Positions 8,841-15,666 of a DNA stretch of 64,000 nucleotides are shown one piece after another. The notes beneath the pieces are model-generated. The model worked only from the letters and a program-made list of their open reading frames with translations, ran no database searches and was not told the origin of the DNA. Numbering within the stretch: position 1 is the stretch's first letter; every line of letters begins with the position of its first letter. Source of the DNA: a virus (Duplodnaviria > Caudoviricetes); the IMG/VR virus record IMGVR_UViG_3300035424_000154, positions 23,116 to 87,115 of that record; one strand, 5' to 3'. The translations under genes and the position numbers were made by a program.

Positions 8841-8843
8841 TAT

Positions 8844-8918
8844 GCCACTGTAGCTCAGTTGGTAGAGCGCTGCAAGACAATGTTCAGGCCGTCATTGGTT
8901 CGAGTCCAATCAGTGGCA
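8844..8918 (+). ncRNA. tRNA-like RNA G with degenerate anticodon arm, no module
   Basis: GCCACTG/CAGTGGC acceptor, canonical D and T arms, anticodon stem mismatched and loop non-canonical, no encoded CCA. Confidence 0.7.
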
Positions 8919-9099
8919 AGTTAATTTTTCACGAAGATGCAATCGCCAGCGTTGTGTCGGGAGTAAGTGGCTGGAAGTCCTCGAAGTACAAGGGGCCGTC
9001 TAAGGGTGTTCAGCAAAGGACGTAAAATAAGTGTAGTAACCGTGCAAATCGGAACGTCTGGGAAGTGTGCTACTCCCACCTGTGAGAGCCAGGATTATA

Positions 9100-9212
9100 T
9101 GTGTGGTGGCGGAATATGTAGACGCAAGTGGTTCAGGCGTGAGAACCGCCCGGAGTGTGCGCACACAAACGGCAGAAGACGCTTTGCGAGGTGAAAATCC
9201 TCGCCCACACAT
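9100..9212 (+). ncRNA. Leu-type tRNA-like RNA with expanded anticodon/variable region and atypical T-loop
   Basis: TGTGTGG/CCACACA acceptor, GCGGAATATGTAGACGC D-arm, GCGAGG-TGAAAAT-CCTCGC T-arm. Confidence 0.65.
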
Positions 9213-9219
9213 ATGATAA

Positions 9220-9337
9220 GCCAGGGTAGCTCAGTCGGTAGAGCACGTATCAATGCGTATCCAAGGAAACGCTTACAGCAATTTTTAAAAAGGACTTTTT
9301 AATCCCGTGGTCGTGGGTTCGAGTCCCACCCTTGGCA
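9220..9337 (+). ncRNA. tRNA-like RNA H (Lys-TTT-like) with 44-nt module inside the anticodon stem
   Basis: GCCAGGG/CCTTGGC acceptor; CG[9248-9291]GGA pairs with TCCCG; loop CTTTTTAA; ACAGCAA at 9275-81. Confidence 0.8.
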
Positions 9338-9456
9338 CAAAACGCTTTGTTTCTGGTTTCTTGGGCGTATAACCAACTAAACCAGCGGGGGCCAAATTTT
9401 CGGTGCAGACAACGATAAGTGGGAACCGATGACCGCTCGGAAAGACGAGCAATTAT

Positions 9457-9561
9457 GCCGGGATAGCTCAGCGGTAGAGCAGTATCGGACGGTACCGCCG
9501 ACAGAATGTACATTCTGGACATTTAATCTACAGGTGGCAGGTTCGACTCCTGCTCCCGGCG
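9457..9561 (+). ncRNA. tRNA-like RNA I with 33-nt two-hairpin insert inside the anticodon stem
   Basis: GCCGGGA/TCCCGGC acceptor; GTA[9485-9517]GA pairs with TCTAC; loop CA TTT AA; insert has degenerate ACAGAAT. Confidence 0.75.
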
Positions 9562-9566
9562 TTCAT

Positions 9567-9688
9567 GCGGCAGTGGTGAAGTGGTAACACAGCGGTCGTC
9601 GAAATGCGAAGTGCAAAATTTCGCTAACAGCAATTTTCGGACAAAGCCAAACCGCCATGCGCAGGTTCGATTCCTGCCTGCCGCTCCA
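9567..9688 (+). ncRNA. tRNA-like RNA J (Gly-GCC-like) with 54-nt anticodon loop carrying the module
   Basis: GCGGCAG/CTGCCGC acceptor, GCGGT/ACCGC stem, loop ends GCC AA, U73 plus CCA (Gly identity); ACAGCAA at 9627-33. Confidence 0.8.
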
Positions 9689-9690
9689 TT

Positions 9691-9730
9691 CTCTGAACAC
9701 AAACAGCAACAACGACAAACGTGTTCCGGG
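9691..9730 (+). ncRNA. Stem-loop K with ACAGCAA module in the leader of the DUF2828 gene
   Basis: GAACAC/GTGTTC helix, AA-ACAGCAA at 9703-09; about 13 nt before the AGGAGG RBS. Confidence 0.6.
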
Positions 9731-9757
9731 TATCTCAAAATTAGGAGGTAAGAGACA

Positions 9758-11317
9758 ATGAGCAACTTTATGGATGGACTCAAGAGCACTCTCAACGACG
9801 AGCGTTCTGTCACTGAGAACGGCGCGGTCGGGTTCCGCACTACGGGCCGGTCGCTGCTGGATCTGAACTTTGCTGTGGCCTCTCTGCGGAGCGCCAGTGA
9901 GAAGGATATCCAGAATCGCTTCTCCAAGGCATTCTTCGAGGATAAGCTGACGGCAATGAAATGGCTCTTTTATGCGCGTGATGTGCGCGGTGGCCTGGGT
10001 GAGCGGCGCTTGTTCCGCGCCTGCATGGTGCCGATGGCGAAGGAGTTCCCCGAGTACGTCCGGCCCATCGTCAAGCTGATCCCTGAGTATGGACGCTGGG
10101 ACGACCTGTGGTGCCTGCTGGACACGCCGGTGGCCGATGAGGTCATGCACAACGTATCTTTGCAGCTGACTGAGGACAACCACTTCTATGAGCAGAACCA
10201 GCCCATTTCTCTGCTGGCGAAGTGGATGCCGAGATGCAAGTGCCGGAACAAGGACAGGCGGCGTTATGCCACGATGTTGCGGGGATACCTTAACCTGACC
10301 GAGCGTGACTACCAGCACACGCTGTCTGCTCTGTGCCGCCACCTGAAGGTGGTTGAGATGGATATGTCGGCTCAGAACTGGGATGGCATTGACTATCAGC
10401 GTGTCCCCTCCCGTGCCAACCTGCAGTATAACAGTGCGTTCCTGCGGCACGACGAGGATCGGCGGCGGGCGTTCTTGGCGGCGGTTGAGAAGGGCGAAGC
10501 GAAGATCAACGCTTCTGTTCTGTTCCCTCATGATATCGTGCATCAGTATCGTCGTGCTGGCAGCGGCATTGACAGCAATCTGGAAATGCTGTGGAAAAAC
10601 CTGCCTGACATGGTGCAGGGTTGCGGCAATACCATCGTGGTGGCCGATGGTTCCGGCAGTATGAGTGTCAACGTGGGTGGTACCAACGTGTCTGCTCTGG
10701 AGGTCGCAAACGCACTGGCGATCTATTTTGCTGAGCGTTCCTCCGGCCAGTTCAAGGATCAGTATATCACCTTCTCTGAGCGTCCCCAGCTGGTGGATTT
10801 GAGCCACGGGAAGAATCTCCGCGAAAAGCTGAGGATTGCGGCAACTCATAACGAAGTTGCCAACACCAACGTCGAGGCGGTGTTTGACCTGATTCTTACC
10901 ACGGCAATTAACAAGCACATGGAGCAGAGCGAGTTGCCGGCCAATATCCTTATCATTTCTGATATGGAGTTTGACAGCTGCGCCACTACCAACGCTCAGC
11001 CTCGTAGGGGCTACAGCTGGGGGTACAGTAGCTGTGTGGCCCCTACTTCTACCCTGTTTGAGGTGATCGCCAAGCGATATGCTGACGCCGGATACCAGCT
11101 TCCTCGTCTGGTGTTCTGGAATGTCAATTCCCGTACTGGCACCATCCCTGTTAAGGAGAACGATTTGGGGGTCGCCCTGGTTAGTGGCTTTTCTCCCAAT
11201 GTCGCCAAGATGGTTATGAGCGGCAAGCTCGATCCCTATGATTGCCTGTTGGAGGCGATCAATGCTGAGCGGTATCAGCCGGTGGACGATGTTCTGCGGC
11301 CTGTAATTTTCACTTAG
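9758..11317 (+). CDS. DUF2828-family protein (TROVE/Ro60-like helical domain plus C-terminal VWA)
   Basis: TENGA, LFYARDVRGGLGERRLF, YGRWDDLW, LAKWMPR, RVPSRA, LFPHDIV, MIDAS DGSGS, ISDMEFD, FWNV, LVSGFSP; AGGAGG RBS. Confidence 0.85.
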   Translation: MSNFMDGLKSTLNDERSVTENGAVGFRTTGRSLLDLNFAVASLRSASEKDIQNRFSKAFFEDKLTAMKWLFYARDVRGGLGERRLFRACMVPMAKEFPEYVRPIVKLIPEYGRWDDLWCLLDTPVADEVMHNVSLQLTEDNHFYEQNQPISLLAKWMPRCKCRNKDRRRYATMLRGYLNLTERDYQHTLSALCRHLKVVEMDMSAQNWDGIDYQRVPSRANLQYNSAFLRHDEDRRRAFLAAVEKGEAKINASVLFPHDIVHQYRRAGSGIDSNLEMLWKNLPDMVQGCGNTIVVADGSGSMSVNVGGTNVSALEVANALAIYFAERSSGQFKDQYITFSERPQLVDLSHGKNLREKLRIAATHNEVANTNVEAVFDLILTTAINKHMEQSELPANILIISDMEFDSCATTNAQPRRGYSWGYSSCVAPTSTLFEVIAKRYADAGYQLPRLVFWNVNSRTGTIPVKENDLGVALVSGFSPNVAKMVMSGKLDPYDCLLEAINAERYQPVDDVLRPVIFT

Positions 11318-11333
11318 AGCCAAAAATACATAG
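11317..11333 (+). promoter_or_regulatory. Element-wide intergenic motif, copy 3
   Basis: GAGCCAAAAATACATAG. Confidence 0.75.
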
Positions 11334-11337
11334 CGAC

Positions 11338-11392
11338 AAGGAGGTTTGAATAGAGAACATACGCATTGTACCGTTCCTGTTCAAACCTCCTT
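11338..11392. repeat. 13-bp perfect inverted repeat between DUF2828 and iscS-like genes
   Basis: AAGGAGGTTTGAA(11338-50)...TTCAAACCTCCTT(11380-92). Confidence 0.7.
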
Positions 11393-11412
11393 TGCTGTTA
11401 GGAGTGTGTAAA

Positions 11413-12561
11413 ATGATCTATCTGGACAACGCGGCCACAACTCCTACTTTCTCAGAGGTTTTGGAAGCCATGTTGCCATGGTTCCAGCCTGAGCGAGTGG
11501 GCAACCCTGGAAGTATTCATACCCAAGGCGTCAAAGCCCGTAACGCTGTTGAGAAAGCCCGTAAACAAGTGGCGCGGATGATTGGCGCTGAACCTTCTGA
11601 GATTTTTTTCACTTCTGGTGGAACAGAGTCCAACAACACATGGTTGCAATGTGCTAAAGACAGAGTTGTGCAGAGGCCAATTATCTTAACCACTAAGATT
11701 GAGCATCATTCTGTAATCGAGCCGATTGAACACAGTTCCTACCACCGTGCAGAGTATGTCAAGGTTTATCGTGACGGTTCAGTTAATCTTGACGACTTGG
11801 AACGGTTGCTCCAGCTTCATCGTGAAGAAGTTGGCGGCGTCTCCATTATGTGGGTGAATAATGAGCTGGGAACGGTCAACCCCATTAAAGAAATCGGAAC
11901 GCTTTGCAAAAAGTACAATGTGCTGTTCCATACAGATGCGGTACAGGCAGCAGGCCATGTTGCTATGGACGTTCATGATTGCAATGTGGACTTTCTTTCG
12001 CTCTCTGGTCACAAATTCGGCGCTCCTTTGGGTACTGGCGTGCTGTACATCAGTAACTCTATCCGAAAACATCCGTTGATCGTTGGTGGTGGACAAGAAC
12101 GAGAGATGCGAGGCGGCACAGAGAACGTACCCGGAATTGTGGGCATCGGTAGAGCCGCCGAGATCGTAACTGGCCGACTGTTGGTCAATAGGCAGTTGTG
12201 GAGCTACCATCGCTCTGTGTTTTTGACTGAGCTTGGTAAAAATATGTATGGGGAGTTCAAAATCAACGGCGACACAGAGAATTACCCTTCAAATATTATC
12301 AGCATGACGATTCCCGGCGTGAACAGTGAATCACTTTTGTTGCTGTTGGATCAGCAGGATGTTTATATCTCTGCTGGCTCTGCGTGTAGTGCGGCCAGTT
12401 CTGAACCTTCACACGTTTTGCAAGGGGTTGGGATTTCCAATGAAGATGCGGCTTGCACTGTGCGAATCTCTATGGGGTTTGCGCCCAGTTATGTCGATAT
12501 GGTGCAGGCAGCTGAAGTCATTGCAAACACAGTGCATAGGCTGAAATCTATGTATCCGTGA
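11413..12561 (+). CDS. iscS: Cysteine desulfurase (IscS/NifS group I)
   Basis: IYLDNAATT, FTSGGTES, HTDAVQAAG, SGHKF (PLP lysine), SAGSAC (catalytic Cys). Confidence 0.93.
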   Translation: MIYLDNAATTPTFSEVLEAMLPWFQPERVGNPGSIHTQGVKARNAVEKARKQVARMIGAEPSEIFFTSGGTESNNTWLQCAKDRVVQRPIILTTKIEHHSVIEPIEHSSYHRAEYVKVYRDGSVNLDDLERLLQLHREEVGGVSIMWVNNELGTVNPIKEIGTLCKKYNVLFHTDAVQAAGHVAMDVHDCNVDFLSLSGHKFGAPLGTGVLYISNSIRKHPLIVGGGQEREMRGGTENVPGIVGIGRAAEIVTGRLLVNRQLWSYHRSVFLTELGKNMYGEFKINGDTENYPSNIISMTIPGVNSESLLLLLDQQDVYISAGSACSAASSEPSHVLQGVGISNEDAACTVRISMGFAPSYVDMVQAAEVIANTVHRLKSMYP

Positions 12562-12564
12562 TTT

Positions 12565-12580
12565 GAGGCAAAATACATAG
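12565..12580 (+). promoter_or_regulatory. Element-wide intergenic motif, copy 4
   Basis: GAGGCAAAATACATAG (one base shorter). Confidence 0.65.
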
Positions 12581-12600
12581 TTCAAAGGAGGCGGGTTACT

Positions 12601-13017
12601 TTGAGTTACGATATCTCATTGGTTGATCCCGTTACAAAAGAAACTCTCTTACTGGACGCTCCCCATCAGATTAAGGGCGGCACCTATGCCATAGGCGGTA
12701 CTCGTGAGGCGGAGTTAAACATCACCTATAACTACGCCAGATGGTATCGCATGGAAGGTGTTTTCCCGGAGCGAGAGTGGAGCGGTATTCGTTCTATCTA
12801 CGGCATGGCAGGAGCTGAGAGTATCCCGGTGCTCAAAAACGCAATCGCTGTATTGAAAAACTCCGATCAGGAGCTTTCTGATGAGGAGCAGGCCGAATAT
12901 GAGAAGCAGGGTGTGACCGGTTACTGGATGCCAACAAAGGTAAATGCAATGAAACCCCTGCATAGTCTGTTGGCATTTGCGCAAATGCGCCCAGATGGTG
13001 TGTGGAATGGAGACTAA
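12601..13017 (+). CDS. Hypothetical phage protein
   Basis: AAAGGAGG RBS; LNITYNY motif common in small phage proteins. Confidence 0.65.
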   Translation: MSYDISLVDPVTKETLLLDAPHQIKGGTYAIGGTREAELNITYNYARWYRMEGVFPEREWSGIRSIYGMAGAESIPVLKNAIAVLKNSDQELSDEEQAEYEKQGVTGYWMPTKVNAMKPLHSLLAFAQMRPDGVWNGD

Positions 13018-13345
13018 CTTAAATGTTTCTGCCATCCTTGACTTCATTAGCAATTTTAAGGATGCTCAGGACACATTTCTTTACGGTTGCTGTTACTGGT
13101 TCGCCTTTATCCTCAATGAGCGCTTTGGCGGGACGACGATGTATCTTCCAGTGGAAAATCACTTTGTTCAAGCAATAGGCAAGCGTTTATATGATGTATC
13201 TGGTGACGTAACGGCAGAATACCTAACCGCCAGGATTATTCCGTGGGCGGCGATGGAGCAATATGATTCAACCATGTACCGGAGGCTAATCCGGGACTGC
13301 ATCAATAAGGAGAGATTCGACGATGACAGTATTAACTCAGGATGA
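13007..13345 (+). CDS. Hypothetical protein
   Basis: FLYGCCYWFAFIL; overlaps upstream stop. Confidence 0.55.
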   Translation: METNLNVSAILDFISNFKDAQDTFLYGCCYWFAFILNERFGGTTMYLPVENHFVQAIGKRLYDVSGDVTAEYLTARIIPWAAMEQYDSTMYRRLIRDCINKERFDDDSINSG

Positions 13346-14190
13346 GCAGAAGCGCCAGAAGATTATGGCGCGTATGCAGGAACACTTGGTTCCCGTCCTG
13401 GAACATTGTAGGGGGGGGGTGGGTCGGCCTCTTTCTGCAAGGTTCCCAAAACTATAACCTTGATTATGAGGGAAGTGACATTGATACCAAAGCTATCTTG
13501 CTTCCCAGTTTTTCCGACTTTGTTTGGAACAGAAAACCAACCAGTACGACCCACATCATGGAAAATGATGAGCACGTAGATTTCAAGGATATTCGGCTCA
13601 TGTTTGACTGCTTCAAAAAGCAGAATGTCAACTTCGTCGAAATCCTGTTTACTCCCTACTGCATTATCAATCCTATGTATGAGGATCTGCTTCAGCCGGT
13701 GCTAGATGCCCGAGAGGAGATTGCCCGCTACAACAATTATGCTGGTATGAGGTGCATTATGGGTATGGCTTACGAGAAGCAGAAAGCAATGGAGCACCCC
13801 TACCCTGCCACAATCGACAAAATCAAAGTGTATGGATATGATCCGAAGCAACTCCATCATGCTTTGAGGCTGCGGGAGTTTATGACCAGATACATGGCCG
13901 GCGAAAATTATGCTGATTGCTTGGTTAGCAAACAGCGTGATTATTTGAAAGATGTAAAGAAGGGTTGTTACTCCCTGGACGAAGCTCGTGCTTTGATGAA
14001 TGTTACGATCAAATCCATGGCTGAGGATAAGCAGCAGTATATGGAGGCTGTTCCGGCCATTATCAATGAGCACGCCGACGAGGTGCTGAAAACGGCCACG
14101 GTTGAAATTCTCAAAAGGAGCTTCCTGAACGAGATTCAAAGAGGTGATCAAGTTGCAAACGTTTTACATGATGGTTGGCCTGCCCGGTAG
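13323..14190 (+). CDS. Pol-beta superfamily nucleotidyltransferase, frameshifted at G9 (13411-19)
   Basis: GSQNYNLDYEGSDIDTK (GS..DxD); RBS plus ATG 13323 joins the main frame only if the tract is G8. Confidence 0.75.
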
Positions 14191-15070
14191 TGGTAAATCA
14201 CTCACTGCCAGGACTTTCCCCAATACCATCATCCATTCCAGCGATGCAATCCGTGCGGAAATCTTGGGTGACGAGAACCGGCAAGACCAACAAGAGCTGG
14301 TGTTCCAGACGCTTCACGAGCGAGTGCTGAATGATCTGGCAAGCGGCAAGAATGTCGTGTATGACGCCACCAATATCAACTACAAGCGTCGTATGGAGTT
14401 CTTGCAGCAGGTAAACGCGATGAAGCTCCCCAGCCTTAGAACGGTCTGTGTCTTTTTGACCACTCCGTATGAGGAGTGCATAGAGCGCAATGCCAACCGA
14501 GAGCGCTCTGTTCCAAGGTCTGTAATTCGTAGAATGTATGAGAAAATCGACATTCCTATGAAAGCAGAAGGATGGGACGAAATTTGGGTTTTTGGCGACA
14601 TAAAGGATTACTATGGCCGGTTAGAAACCTTTATGAGCCATCTGTCCAAGCTGGAGCATGATAATCCCCACCATACATACACAGTCGGTCAGCATTGTAT
14701 GGCGGCATGGCAATACCTGATCAGCCACTATAAGGACTACGATGCTTGTCTGCTCCGTGCCACTCTCTTGCACGATATCGGCAAGGAAAAAACCAAAGTG
14801 TTCTATGACACTAAAGGCAACCCCACGGATATTGCCCACTACTATCATCATGAGCGTGTGGGCGCTTATGACAGTTTCTGCTACACCAGCGATCTCAGCA
14901 ATGACCAACGCCTGATGGTTGCGCTTTTGATTCGCTGGCATATGTGGCCGTATGTAGTGGAAAAGTCAGATAACCCGAACAAAACCGCTCGTAAAGTGCG
15001 GCGGTTGCTCGGTGAAGATATCTGGAAGCAGGTTGCGGTCTTGAATGACTGTGATCGACACGCACACTAA
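14144..15070 (+). CDS. Polynucleotide-kinase-like P-loop (AAA_33) plus HD domain
   Basis: GLPGSGKS, SSDAIR, YDATN; HHTYTVGQH, LLHDIGK, HHERVGA. Confidence 0.85.
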   Translation: MIKLQTFYMMVGLPGSGKSLTARTFPNTIIHSSDAIRAEILGDENRQDQQELVFQTLHERVLNDLASGKNVVYDATNINYKRRMEFLQQVNAMKLPSLRTVCVFLTTPYEECIERNANRERSVPRSVIRRMYEKIDIPMKAEGWDEIWVFGDIKDYYGRLETFMSHLSKLEHDNPHHTYTVGQHCMAAWQYLISHYKDYDACLLRATLLHDIGKEKTKVFYDTKGNPTDIAHYYHHERVGAYDSFCYTSDLSNDQRLMVALLIRWHMWPYVVEKSDNPNKTARKVRRLLGEDIWKQVAVLNDCDRHAH

Positions 15071-15091
15071 ATGAAATAGGAGGAAACAATC

Positions 15092-15602
15092 ATGAACCCG
15101 AATCAGTATCAGATCTCTATGCGTCCCGCTTTTGAGCCGGAGGCCATCCACGTTGAGCCATTCAATCCGATCAGTGTTCTGCTTGAGGCGTTGGGTGGTA
15201 CCCCCCCCCATCATTGCGCCTAATGGTGAGCGTGACCGTTTCGCTGACGGTTGGAACGCTGCCATGCAGCACATGAGGGACAACCCGCCTGCACCCGCTC
15301 CCCTTCCGCTGCCTACGAATGTGATCTTCAACAACCCGGCCACCATTGTGTACTGGAACGACGGTACCAAGACTGTGGTGAAGTGTCAGCCCGGAGATGT
15401 GTTCAGCGCTGAGGCTGGCCTGACCACTGCTATGCTCAAGAAGTACATGGGTAACGACAACACCTTCAACCGGGTTATCAACGAGTGGTTGAAGCACACT
15501 GGCGAGTATAAGCCGTCTGTTGCTCCTGCTTTGCCGGCAGCTGAGACGCCCGCCGCCCTGCCTGCTCCTACGGATCAGGGAGCGCCTGAAATGGTGGAGT
15601 AA
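15092..15602 (+). CDS. Hypothetical phage protein, frameshifted at C9 (15201-09)
   Basis: AGGAGG plus ATG 15092 joins the VIFNNPATIVYWNDGTKTVVKC frame only with C8. Confidence 0.65.
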
Positions 15603-15666
15603 GCTATGGAGGGCGTTATCATTCCAATCGTGGTGTTGGGGCTGTTGTTCATACTGACAAGATCGA

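Noticed and set aside
8520-9688. Group I/II or archaeal BHB introns in the tRNA-like RNAs
   Set aside because: Inserts are 33-54 nt, far too short for self-splicing introns, and I see no bulge-helix-bulge motif; clean excision does not give a U33 loop in J
7723-9730. CRISPR array interpretation of the repeated ACAGCAA units
   Set aside because: Repeat core is only 7-14 nt, spacing is irregular, units sit inside tRNA scaffolds, and no cas1/cas2 is present
7741-9927. ORF-track ORFs across the RNA array (e.g. 7741-8043, 8482-8664, 8736-8924, 8967-9194, 9250-9522, 9523-9927)
   Set aside because: They overlap tRNA and tRNA-like genes, lack RBSs and have no protein-like features
9563-11323. 586-aa minus-strand ORF
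   Set aside because: Antisense shadow of the DUF2828 gene caused by biased codon usage; no motifs, and it runs through RNA J
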